A stretch of 64,000 bases of DNA. Source: Vicinamibacterales bacterium. Lineage in GTDB: Bacteria; Acidobacteriota; Vicinamibacteria; Vicinamibacterales; UBA8438. Location of the stretch: the NCBI GenBank assembly GCA_965249105.1, contig OZ252219.1, forward strand, positions 2,455,108 to 2,519,107, written 5' to 3'. Each line of letters begins with the position of its first letter. Positions within the stretch are counted from its first letter, which is position 1. The notes under the pieces were generated by a model. It was not told where the DNA came from. It made no database searches and worked only from the letters and a program-made list of their open reading frames with translations. The translations under genes were made by a program, and so were the position numbers. Shown piece after piece: positions 45,988 to 55,166 of this stretch.

Positions 45988-47295
45988 ATGGACACGATAC
46001 GAGAGTTCTTCGGGCTTGATGCGCTGGGAACGACCATCACCACCGAGGTCCGCGCCGGTCTGGTCACGTTCCTCAGCATGTCCTACATCCTCGTCGTGAA
46101 CCCGCAGATCCTGTCCGAGGCGGGCCTGCCCCAGGCGGACGTAGCGGTGGCGACAGCGTTGTCTTCGGCCATCGCCTGTCTGGTCATGGGCGTCTATGCC
46201 AACTACCCGTTCGCCCTCGCCCCGGGTATGGGGATCAACGCGTACTTCACCTACGGCGTGGTGCTTGGCCTTGGTGTGGAATGGCAGACCGCGCTCGGAG
46301 CCGTCTTCGTCGAAGGCGTCATCTTCCTCGCGCTGACGGTCACCGGCGTCCGTACGGCTCTGATGCGGGCCATGCCCGTCTCGATCAAGGTCGCGACCAT
46401 GAGCGGCGTCGGACTGCTCCTGGGCATCATCGGGTTCCAGGGCGCCGGCCTGGTGGTGCCCCACCCGACGACGATCGTCACGCTCGGTGATGTGCGGAGC
46501 GTCACCGTGCTGCTCCCTCTCGCCGGGATGATCGTGATCGGCGCGCTTGTGGCCCGCGGGTGGCGCGGCGCGATCCTCGTCGGGATCCTGGCCATCACCT
46601 CCGTCTGCTGGGGTTTCGAAATAACGCCCCGACCGGAGCAGCTGTTCGCGTGGCCCACCCTGCCGCGCGAGACCGCGTTGGCGTTCGATGTCGCCGAGCT
46701 CTTTTCCGCCAAGCTCATCCTGGTCGTGCTCGCCTTTCTCTTCGTCGATCTTTTTAACACGGCCGGTGCCTTGATCGGCGTGGGGATGCTCGCCGGTCGG
46801 GTCGACAACACGGGGGAGCTCGAGCGGGCGGACCAGGCCTTCGCCGCGGACGCCGTCGGCACGATCGCGGGCGCCGCTCTTGGCACCAGTCCCGTCACCA
46901 CCTACGTCGAATCGGCGACCGGAGTCGAGGAGGGAGGGCGGAGTGGGCTCACGGCCGTCGTGGTAGCCCTGCTCTTTCTGCTGTCGCTCTTCTTCGTGCC
47001 CCTGGTCATTGCCGTCCCGGCCCTCGCGACGGCACCGGCGCTGGTCGTCGTGGGTGCCCTGATGATGCGGGGGGCGCGCGAGCTCGAGTGGGCGCGCATC
47101 GACGATTCGTTACCGGCCTTTCTGACCATAGCCGCCATGCCGTTCAGCTACTCGATCGCCAACGGGATCAGTTTGGGGATCGTGTCGTGGGTGTGGATTC
47201 GGGTGCTCGCGGGGCGGGCGCGAGACGTCAATCCCATAATGTTCCTTCTGTGCGGCTTGCTGATGGTCTTCTACGGGCTAGGTATCGGAGGATAG
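45988..47295 (+). CDS. NCS2-family (AzgA/PbuG-like) purine permease
   Basis: [50 protein letters not shown]. Confidence 0.92.
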   Translation: MDTIREFFGLDALGTTITTEVRAGLVTFLSMSYILVVNPQILSEAGLPQADVAVATALSSAIACLVMGVYANYPFALAPGMGINAYFTYGVVLGLGVEWQTALGAVFVEGVIFLALTVTGVRTALMRAMPVSIKVATMSGVGLLLGIIGFQGAGLVVPHPTTIVTLGDVRSVTVLLPLAGMIVIGALVARGWRGAILVGILAITSVCWGFEITPRPEQLFAWPTLPRETALAFDVAELFSAKLILVVLAFLFVDLFNTAGALIGVGMLAGRVDNTGELERADQAFAADAVGTIAGAALGTSPVTTYVESATGVEEGGRSGLTAVVVALLFLLSLFFVPLVIAVPALATAPALVVVGALMMRGARELEWARIDDSLPAFLTIAAMPFSYSIANGISLGIVSWVWIRVLAGRARDVNPIMFLLCGLLMVFYGLGIGG

Positions 47296-47317
47296 TCTCC
47301 GCACGGGCCTTGAAGCG

Positions 47318-47866
47318 ATGACCATGCCTGAACCTGAATATGATGTCGATCTCCTGATCTCGGAAAGAGACATCGCGGCCCGGGTCAATACACTCGCGCA
47401 GGAGATCACCAGCCACTACTCAACTTCCGCGTCACTGGTCGCGGTTGGGCTGCTCAATGGGTCGTTCATCTTCATTGCTGACCTGGTTCGACGCCTCGAT
47501 CTCCCAGTCGAGGTGGATTTCATGACCGTCTCCAGTTACGGCAACGGCATGACGTCCTCCCGTGACGTGCGTATCGTGAAAGACCTCAAGGGGTCGATTG
47601 AAGGGCGCGACGTGCTGGTGATCGAAGACCTCGTCGATACCGGTCTCACCCTGAATCGGGTGCTTGATATCCTGTCCACCCGGCAACCAAAGAGCCTCGA
47701 AGCCTGCTGCCTGCTCAACAAGCCGTCACGGCGTGAGGTCGAGGTGCCTGTCCGATGGGTTGGGTTCGATATCCCCGACGAGTTCGTCGTTGGCTATGGC
47801 ATCGACTACGCGCAGAGGAGCCGGAATCTGCCCCATATCGGCAAGGTCACCGTGCGTGAACGGTGA
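47318..47866 (+). CDS. hpt: Hypoxanthine phosphoribosyltransferase
   Basis: [31 protein letters not shown]-binding loop, FVVGYGIDY. Confidence 0.95.
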   Translation: MTMPEPEYDVDLLISERDIAARVNTLAQEITSHYSTSASLVAVGLLNGSFIFIADLVRRLDLPVEVDFMTVSSYGNGMTSSRDVRIVKDLKGSIEGRDVLVIEDLVDTGLTLNRVLDILSTRQPKSLEACCLLNKPSRREVEVPVRWVGFDIPDEFVVGYGIDYAQRSRNLPHIGKVTVRER

Positions 47867-47932
47867 ACAATTGGCCTCGAAGACCGGCATGGTAGCATCC
47901 GTGTCCTGACCTCCCTCAATCTGGGTTCGCTC

Positions 47933-49210
47933 GTGGGATTCCTGGTCCTGGCGGCAATCAGCTGGGCCGCCGGGGGGTTCGTTCGTCCCGTGCGCTGGCG
48001 AACTGTGGGGGGCTCTGCGGGCCTGATGCTCATCATGGGGCTCTTGATCTTCGTTGTCCCTGGTAGCCGAACGGTGCTTGTCGCGATCAACGACGCGGTG
48101 ATCGCGCTTCTGACTGCGGGAGGTGAGGGAGCACTGTTTCTCTTCGGTCCTCTGGCGGTTGGTCCGGGGTCGAGCACCCCGGCCGGCGAGCCCTCGGTGG
48201 GGTTCGTGCTCGCCGCGCAGGTGCTACCCGCCGTCATTTTCTTTGCCGCGCTAATGGCGGCCTTCTACCACTTGGGACTCGTGCAACCCGTCGTGCGCGT
48301 CCTAGCTTGGTTGTTCCATCGGACGCTGGCACTCTCGGGTGCCGAGTCTTTGGCCGGTGGCTCGAACATTTTCGTCGGCGTGGAATCTGCCATGGCCGTC
48401 CGCCCATACCTTGCGCGTATGACGCGCTCCGAACTGCTCACCCTCATGACCTGCGGGATGTCGACCGTGGCGGCCACCACACTCGCCCTGTACGTGCTCT
48501 TCCTTCGAGACACCTTTCCCCTGATCGCCGGCCACCTCGTCTCGGCTTCGGTCATATCGATTCCGGCGGCGGCAGTGGTTTCGAAGCTGATGCTCCCGGA
48601 AACCGAGCAACCCGTCACACTGGGGCATGTCCCCCGCGAGCGGGTGGGCGACCCTCAACCCAATACGATCGCGGCGCTGATGACCGGTTCGTGGGATGGT
48701 CTCAGGATGGCCGCGGGAATCGCGGCGCTTCTTGTCGCTGTGCTCGGCATGGTGGCGCTCGTGGACCTCGTACTGATGACCGTCACCTCCCCGTTGGCGG
48801 GGGTGCTCGATGGTCCACTTGACCTCAGTCGCATCCTGGGATGGATATTCATGCCACTCGCCTGGCTGCTCGGTATCGAGGGAGCGGACCTGCCCGCTGC
48901 AGCGAGCATTCTCGGCGCGCGAACCGTGCTCACAGAGGTCGTGGGGTATCAGCAGCTGGCCGAGGTCGCATTGAATCAGCAGGTGTCGGCCAGAACGATC
49001 GTCATTCTGTCGTACGCGCTGTGTGGCTTCGCGCACCTCGCCTCGGTTGGGATCTTCGTCGGTGGAATCTCGGCGCTGGCACCCGACCGGCGGACCGACC
49101 TAGCCGTCTTGGGCCCGAAGGCCCTCATCGGGGCTACCCTTGCCACGCTTATGACAGGCGCGCTTGCCGGCGTTTTCTACGCCGGTCAGGAGAGCCTCCT
49201 CGGCCTGTAG
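47933..49210 (+). CDS. Concentrative nucleoside transporter (NupC/CNT family)
   Basis: VLPAVIFFAAL, SNIFVG, MSTVA, HLVSASVIS, SYALCGFA. Confidence 0.92.
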   Translation: MGFLVLAAISWAAGGFVRPVRWRTVGGSAGLMLIMGLLIFVVPGSRTVLVAINDAVIALLTAGGEGALFLFGPLAVGPGSSTPAGEPSVGFVLAAQVLPAVIFFAALMAAFYHLGLVQPVVRVLAWLFHRTLALSGAESLAGGSNIFVGVESAMAVRPYLARMTRSELLTLMTCGMSTVAATTLALYVLFLRDTFPLIAGHLVSASVISIPAAAVVSKLMLPETEQPVTLGHVPRERVGDPQPNTIAALMTGSWDGLRMAAGIAALLVAVLGMVALVDLVLMTVTSPLAGVLDGPLDLSRILGWIFMPLAWLLGIEGADLPAAASILGARTVLTEVVGYQQLAEVALNQQVSARTIVILSYALCGFAHLASVGIFVGGISALAPDRRTDLAVLGPKALIGATLATLMTGALAGVFYAGQESLLGL

Positions 49211-49238
49211 CGCTCCTCTACCCCAACACCCCAAGCAC

Positions 49239-50309
49239 CTAGAAGATCGCCAGCGCGTTGATCGGCGAGCCGGTGCCGGTCTCCACCGCCAGCGGCGCGG
49301 CAACCAGCATGAACTCCCATCGGTTCTGGGCCGCCGCCGTTTCGGCGAGCGCCTCCAGGTCTTGGTTGTCGAACAGGTCGACGCCCATGGCCACGATCGT
49401 CAGCAGATGAACAGGCAGTCCAGCGCCCTCGACCAGCGTCGGCACGACGTCAGCCGCGGCGTCGCTACCGAGAAACGACACGTCCCGCGCCTTGACCCAG
49501 GGCATCGTCGACGCGTGCAGGCCGGCCGCCCCCTCCGAAACCGCCCAGGGGCCGACCTCCGCTCGTCGGGCCCAGCGGCCAGTGCGGATGAAGATGGCAT
49601 CTCCAGGCCGGACGGTGACGCCGGCCATCTCTTCCCAGGCCTCGAGGTCTTCCGTGTAGATCGGCGTCCCCGGCTCGAGATACGGCACGCCCTTGAGACG
49701 TGGGATATCAAACAACACTCCGCGGGTGACGATGCCACCCTGCAGGTTGATGATCGACGCGTTTGAACAGCCCCCCTCGGTCACCGTCTCCTGACCCACG
49801 CCGTTGTACATCTGTCCTTTGTAATGAATGTGGCACAGCGAGTCGATGTGACTGTGCGAGTAACCGTGATAGCTGATCGCGTACCGGTCACTGGCCGAAC
49901 CCATGACCGGGGGTTCGGCCTCCAGGTCGGGAACCTGCAGCAGTTCACGCTGGAACGGGCTGGGTACGTCCTCCGCTTCCTCGGTCAACAGGGGATGCTC
50001 GAGTGACACCGTGATCCCTTCGGTGACCAGCCCAACCGCTTCGAGCCGCTTCGCCGGCGTGATGAGGTTGGCCGCCCCGAGCTGGTCAGTCGGCCCCCAC
50101 CGCCCCCAGTTCGACAGCTCGTCCATCATCCGCTCGATATCGGCCTGGGTGAGCTCGCGGGACTCGGGGGTGAACGCGGGCGGCGTGTACTCGGCGACCA
50201 TCGGGGCCGCTTCTTCAACCGGGTCTGCCGCGGGAGCGCAGCTTACGACAGCCGCGGAGAGCAGCCCGATCACGACGAGCGATCTCGGAGTCACAAGCCG
50301 TACACTCAT
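49239..50309 (-). CDS. Cyclase family (kynurenine formamidase-like) metal hydrolase, lipoprotein-like signal
   Basis: SNWGRWGPTDQLGAANL, HGYSHSHIDSLCH, RGVLFD, GDAIFIRTG, GSPINALAIF. Confidence 0.9.
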   Translation of the reverse strand: MSVRLVTPRSLVVIGLLSAAVVSCAPAADPVEEAAPMVAEYTPPAFTPESRELTQADIERMMDELSNWGRWGPTDQLGAANLITPAKRLEAVGLVTEGITVSLEHPLLTEEAEDVPSPFQRELLQVPDLEAEPPVMGSASDRYAISYHGYSHSHIDSLCHIHYKGQMYNGVGQETVTEGGCSNASIINLQGGIVTRGVLFDIPRLKGVPYLEPGTPIYTEDLEAWEEMAGVTVRPGDAIFIRTGRWARRAEVGPWAVSEGAAGLHASTMPWVKARDVSFLGSDAAADVVPTLVEGAGLPVHLLTIVAMGVDLFDNQDLEALAETAAAQNRWEFMLVAAPLAVETGTGSPINALAIF

Positions 50310-50396
50310 TCCAATACCTCCAGGTGGTTGTGCCGGCCGCTCGACGGCCGCGACGGTGCGATTCTCAGCAAGGTGAGAGTCCGCGAGCCATAGTAC

Positions 50397-52169
50397 TTAG
50401 TTCGGCAGGGCGAACACAAAAAGGTTGTTGCCCGAGCTCGGTCGCAGCTCGGGCGTCAGGTCGAGGAAGCGCTGCGTGCCGGTGCTCACCGCGACATACT
50501 GTCGTCCGTCAACGACGTAGGTGATCGGATAGCCGGAGACTGACGAGCCGAGGTTGATCTCCCACAGGATCTCGCCGGTCTCGTGGTCAAAAGCTCGGAA
50601 CCGTCCGTTGACGTCGCCCCCGAAGACGAGTCCACCCCCGGTGGCGACGAGTGACATGGTGGCGGCTCGCTGGTCGTACCGCCAACGGGTCTCACCCGTC
50701 TCGGCGGAGATCGCCTGCACAGTGCCGACCTGGTCGGTCCCGGGCGCAATCTGGCTGCGCCACGCGAGGGCGTAGAGGCCGCCGCTGGAATCGCGGTCGG
50801 AGGTCGTCGCCAGCATCCGGGCACAGACGTTCCGCAGCGGGTAGTACATCGTGTTGGTCAGGGGGCTGTAGGCGCCGGCCTCCCAGTCCTTGCCGCCACT
50901 GGCGTGCGGACAGGCGAGCACCTCCTGACCCTCGGCGCTAAAGACGAGCTCCGAGCTCTCCGTCACGACCCCGGTCGCTCCGTCGATATCGCTGATCACG
51001 TTCTGTGTGATGGTCGGCGTCGCCCACAGGAACTCACCGGTCTCGCGGTCGAGGGTATAGACCACGCCGGTCTTCCCGGGAATCCCGGTGATCACCTTCC
51101 GCATCTCGCCCGGTTGCAGCCGCGGGTTGATCCAGCTGACCGCTGACGGGTCGGGCGCGACCACCGTGTCGACCAGGAGACGCTCGAAGGGGTGGTCCAG
51201 GTCCCAGTGGTCGTTCAAGTGCTGATAGTACCAGACGATCTCGCCGGTGTCGGCGTCGAGCGCGAGCGTCGAGTTGTGATACAGGTGCTGGTTGTTGGCG
51301 CCGCCGATCAGGAACTTTGGTGCCGGCGACGTGACCGACGTGCCGATGTAGATCAGGTTCAGCTCCGGGTCGTAGCTCGGAACCATCCAGGCGCCCACGT
51401 GCTTCCGGTCCTCGAAGGGGACGTCTCCCCACGTCTCGTCACCCGGCTCACCCGGCGCAGGAATCGTGCGGCGTCGCCACAGCTCCGCCCCGGTCTCCGC
51501 ATCGTGGGCGGTGATGACGCAGGCGTCGGGTCCGCCTTTCGGCATGCAGCTCCGGCCGGAGATTACCTTGCCGTTGGCGACAATCGGCCCTGAGGTCTGC
51601 GTTGCCGGGTTGACCGTGTAGTCGAGAACCTCTGTCTCCCATACCTGCTCGCCGGTCGCCGCGTCGAGCGCGAAGACATGGTCGTCGACGCTCGTATCGA
51701 TGATGAGGTCGCCATAGATCGCGATGTTCCGGTTGTTCTGCCACATGCCTGCGCCCAAGACGTACTCGCCGACGTCCTCCGGAACCTCGCGGCGGTGCTC
51801 CCAGAGGAGGTCGCCAGAAGCCGCGTCGATCGCCTGGATGACATCACTCGGGTTGGGCATGTACATCACGCCGTCGTAGGCCAGCGGGGTGCCCTGCTGG
51901 CGACCCTCGGTGAGCGCTCGCGACCAGACCAGGCGCAGCTCGCCGACGTTGTTCCGGTTGATGTCGTCGAGCGGGCTGTAGCCCCACCCGTCGAGCGTCC
52001 GACGCCACATCAGCCAGTCGGCCGGCGCCGGATCCTGCAGCATCGCGTCGGTGACCGGCGCGAAGCCGGAGCCCTGTTCCTGACCGGGACCGCTCGCGCC
52101 GATTGAAAGCACGGCCATCCCGAGTATCGCGAGTCCTGGACGAACCAGCGGCGACATGAACTTGGGCAC
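50397..52169 (-). CDS. PQQ-dependent dehydrogenase (alcohol/methanol dehydrogenase superfamily)
   Basis: WLMWRRTLDGWGYSPL, TPLAYDGVMY, YDPELNLIYIG, WYYQHLNDHWDLD, GGLVFGGD, YVVDGRQYVAV. AGGAG RBS before GTG 52169. Confidence 0.9.
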   Translation of the reverse strand: MPKFMSPLVRPGLAILGMAVLSIGASGPGQEQGSGFAPVTDAMLQDPAPADWLMWRRTLDGWGYSPLDDINRNNVGELRLVWSRALTEGRQQGTPLAYDGVMYMPNPSDVIQAIDAASGDLLWEHRREVPEDVGEYVLGAGMWQNNRNIAIYGDLIIDTSVDDHVFALDAATGEQVWETEVLDYTVNPATQTSGPIVANGKVISGRSCMPKGGPDACVITAHDAETGAELWRRRTIPAPGEPGDETWGDVPFEDRKHVGAWMVPSYDPELNLIYIGTSVTSPAPKFLIGGANNQHLYHNSTLALDADTGEIVWYYQHLNDHWDLDHPFERLLVDTVVAPDPSAVSWINPRLQPGEMRKVITGIPGKTGVVYTLDRETGEFLWATPTITQNVISDIDGATGVVTESSELVFSAEGQEVLACPHASGGKDWEAGAYSPLTNTMYYPLRNVCARMLATTSDRDSSGGLYALAWRSQIAPGTDQVGTVQAISAETGETRWRYDQRAATMSLVATGGGLVFGGDVNGRFRAFDHETGEILWEINLGSSVSGYPITYVVDGRQYVAVSTGTQRFLDLTPELRPSSGNNLFVFALPN

Positions 52170-52216
52170 AACCTCTCCTATGCAGTGGCAAGGGTGGCCG
52201 AGACGAGCAGCGCCCG

Positions 52217-52822
52217 TTACGGCAGAATCTTGAACCCTCTCGGCGTACCAGGCACCCAGGGCTCCGGGACCTTGTAGTCGGCGCGATGGGGCATCTCGAC
52301 CGCCGGCAAACTCTCGGCATCCATCAGGTCGTCGTCTCCGATGATGTCGTTCCGGTAGAGCAGAAACGCCGTCAACGCATACACCTCGTTGGGCGTCAAA
52401 TGTCCCGGTCGGTCGTAGGGCATCGCACGACGGATGTAGCTCCAAATCGTCGGGGCGAAAGGCCAGTGCGCGATAGGGAAATAATTCGTGCCCCTCGTTA
52501 CTTCCCCGCCCACCAGGACCAAAGCCGGACCCTCAACTCCGGTCGGACCATGACAGTTTGCGCACCCGCGCTGCGTGAACACCAGTTCGCCCTGTGCGGC
52601 GGTGCCACTGCCGGGTGGCAACTCTGCCCCGTCGGGGCCGATCGAGATATCCCACGCACGCAACTCTGCCGGGCTCGGGGTGCGACCGAGTCCGGAGGGA
52701 GAGGTCGACTGCTGTGCCGCGGCAGTCGAGGCAAGCGACATGACGACGACGAGTGCGACGGCGCTACGCGTGCACGTCAGCAACCGCGTCGACCGGCGGA
52801 AGTCCATTGGTAACCGTGCCAT
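52217..52822 (-). CDS. Mono-heme cytochrome c (SorB/SoxD N-domain-like)
   Basis: WDISIGPDG..LPPGSGTAAQG, CANCHG, WPFAPTIWSYIRRAMP. Start codon uncertain. Confidence 0.85.
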   Translation of the reverse strand: MARLPMDFRRSTRLLTCTRSAVALVVVMSLASTAAAQQSTSPSGLGRTPSPAELRAWDISIGPDGAELPPGSGTAAQGELVFTQRGCANCHGPTGVEGPALVLVGGEVTRGTNYFPIAHWPFAPTIWSYIRRAMPYDRPGHLTPNEVYALTAFLLYRNDIIGDDDLMDAESLPAVEMPHRADYKVPEPWVPGTPRGFKILP

Positions 52823-54077
52823 CGGGGTTCACCTTCCAAGCCTGAATCCAGTTGCAGTGTCCGAGTTGACTCTGGACGGTCGCGTACAGCTCCTGTCGCG
52901 TGAGACCCCAGTACTTCGCATACTGGGCTTCCGTCGGTTGAACCTGCCCTTTGTCGTCAGTGCAACGCGACTGCAGCAGGGCTTCTTCACCGTTCCACGT
53001 CCAGGGCAGATAGAACCGCGTGTGCGCCTTCGGGAGCGCCGGCCCGGCGAGCTCAGCCTCCGCGTACGTCTGGCCACCGTCCGTAGACACATCTACCTTG
53101 CGGACGGCGCCTCCACCGGACCACGCCAGTCCCGTGATGACGCAGGAGCCGTGGTTGGACAGCTCTTGGTTGCCGGAGGGGGAGGTGATGACCGACTCGG
53201 GTCCGAACTCGTAGATGTCCGGACGAGTCTTGGGGTCCGGACTCAGAAACCGCGAATGTTCCTGGAACGACAAGTACGGCTGGTCGACGACTTTGATGCG
53301 TCGAAGCCACTTCACGTTGTAGATGCCTTCGAACCCGGGCACGACCAGCCGCAGCGGAAACCCGTGGTCGGGACGGACGGGCTCGCCGTTTTGGCCATAC
53401 GCCACGAGCACGTCATCCAACGCCTTGGGGAGTGAGATGCTCTTTGTGTGCTTGCCGCCGTCGACGGCCTCGGCGATGATCCACTTCGCGCTGTCCTTGA
53501 GTCCGACTTCCCTGAGCAATACCGAAAGCGGCACACCGGTCCACTCGCTGCAACCCATGCGACCGTGCGAGTCGGAAACGCTCTGAGCCCTCGGGCTCGG
53601 CCGGTTGCCAACGCATTCGAGAAAGTACACCCGGGACACGAAGGGGAGTCGCTTCAGCTCGTCGAGGGAAAAGATGAGCGGCCGTTCGACCAACCCGTGG
53701 ATCATGAGATTGTGTTCGGCCGGGTTGATGTCGGGGATACCGTAGTGGTGCTGGGTCGTGAAGTGGAGCGAGGTCGGTGTGATGATCCCGACAGATTCGC
53801 CCAGCGGCGTGCGCGCACTCGGTCGATGCGGTGTGGGCCGGACCGGCGGTTTGTCCGGATGACTCCTCCCCTCGATCACGCGTGTCGTGGTGACGAAGCG
53901 GGACCGCTGGCCATAGAGCACGTTCTCCAGGGAGTTCACGTCGGAGGCCGAGGGGGCGGCTTCTTCACCGCTCACCGGACTGGGCATGACGCCCAGACTC
54001 GCGGCGGGCACCGCTAACCCGGCGACGACGGCACTCTTCTTTAGGAATCGGCGCCTGCTTGGCTGCTTCGACTTCAT
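52764..54077 (-). CDS. Sulfite oxidase-family molybdoenzyme (SoxC/SorA-like), Tat-exported
   Basis: SRRRFLK Tat motif, TPTSLHF, FLECVGN (Mo-ligand Cys), GEPVRPDHGFPLRL, NVKWL, GLAWSG. Confidence 0.9.
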   Translation of the reverse strand: MKSKQPSRRRFLKKSAVVAGLAVPAASLGVMPSPVSGEEAAPSASDVNSLENVLYGQRSRFVTTTRVIEGRSHPDKPPVRPTPHRPSARTPLGESVGIITPTSLHFTTQHHYGIPDINPAEHNLMIHGLVERPLIFSLDELKRLPFVSRVYFLECVGNRPSPRAQSVSDSHGRMGCSEWTGVPLSVLLREVGLKDSAKWIIAEAVDGGKHTKSISLPKALDDVLVAYGQNGEPVRPDHGFPLRLVVPGFEGIYNVKWLRRIKVVDQPYLSFQEHSRFLSPDPKTRPDIYEFGPESVITSPSGNQELSNHGSCVITGLAWSGGGAVRKVDVSTDGGQTYAEAELAGPALPKAHTRFYLPWTWNGEEALLQSRCTDDKGQVQPTEAQYAKYWGLTRQELYATVQSQLGHCNWIQAWKVNPDGTVTNGLPPVDAVADVHA

Positions 54078-54169
54078 GTCTCCTCCTGATGCTGATCGGT
54101 CGGTGCAGGGGTTGAGCGACGCTCGCAGAAAGCCCATCCTTTGTCAAGAGGCCGGAGCTCCGCTCTCCC

Positions 54170-55102
54170 CTACAACGCAGGGACCCGCACGAGCAGGTAG
54201 GTGATGTGCCCCCCTTCCGGCACGATGTAGCCGTGCGGGGTCCTCGCTGGAATGTGGAGGACATCCCCAGCGGCAACAGGGTGCCGCATCCCACCAGCAA
54301 TACCGGTGCCCCGGCTACCTGTCCGGTCGATCATCTCGCCCCCTACCAGCAGGGTCGCCGCGCCACTCCTCACGAGCACCACATCAATGACGCCATCGTG
54401 AATCTCGGGGACTCCGTCTGCGTCCCGATGGATGAACCGGAAGCGATGGGCACCAGAGGGGTTGCCGAAGTCAGCCAACGTTTCGCGGGCCGAACGGTCC
54501 GGGCCGACCCTGAGGGAGAGAGCGGCATCGCGTTGCGCAAGCTCCGAAGCACTCCACATGGCGAATCCTGGCGGGTCGTACTCCAAGACCGGCGCGTCGG
54601 GGCGCGTGACCGGCGGGTCCACGAACGCCGGGACCCGGACCAGGAGATAGGTAATGTGCCCGCCTTTGGGTACCAAGTAGCGATGAGGGGTATCGGCGGG
54701 AACGTGGATGACGTCGCCCGGGCCAACCGGATACCGAACGCCACCCGCAATGCCGGTGCCCTGGTACTCGCCGTTGCTCCCCGTTCGGTTCACCATGTCG
54801 CCGCCGACCAGCAGGGTGCCTTCACCGCTCCTGATGAACACGACGTCCTCGATGTGCTCATGCTGCTCGGGGATTCCGTCGCCGTCCCGATGAATGAAGC
54901 GGAAGCGATGAGCTCCGGTTGGGTTGCCGTAGTCGGCGAGAGTTTCTCGGGCAGAGTGGTCAGGACCAACTCTCTCGGACAGGGCCGTATCGCGCTGCTC
55001 CAGCTCCGATGCGCTCCATCTGACGAATCGCGGTGGGTCAGTCTGCAGGAGGGGTAGAAGCGCGACTGCAGTTACCAGGAGACGAACTGTCACCGTCATC
55101 AT
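54170..55102 (-). CDS. Exported protein with two tandem cupin domains
   Basis: Two highly similar halves, each with HRFRFIHRD..G.PE.H and GDV.H.PA.TPH. Confidence 0.82.
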   Translation of the reverse strand: MMTVTVRLLVTAVALLPLLQTDPPRFVRWSASELEQRDTALSERVGPDHSARETLADYGNPTGAHRFRFIHRDGDGIPEQHEHIEDVVFIRSGEGTLLVGGDMVNRTGSNGEYQGTGIAGGVRYPVGPGDVIHVPADTPHRYLVPKGGHITYLLVRVPAFVDPPVTRPDAPVLEYDPPGFAMWSASELAQRDAALSLRVGPDRSARETLADFGNPSGAHRFRFIHRDADGVPEIHDGVIDVVLVRSGAATLLVGGEMIDRTGSRGTGIAGGMRHPVAAGDVLHIPARTPHGYIVPEGGHITYLLVRVPAL

Positions 55103-55166
55103 GGCGTAATCCTATAGGCCAACCCACGCCTGAGGTAAGATGCGTCCGCGGCCCCAGGCCCCGCAC

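Noticed and set aside
52764-52822. Non-canonical ACG start for the cytochrome c at the soxC stop overlap
   Set aside because: In-frame ATGs exist upstream (52822 with a GGAAGG RBS-like site, and 52807), so no unusual start is needed.
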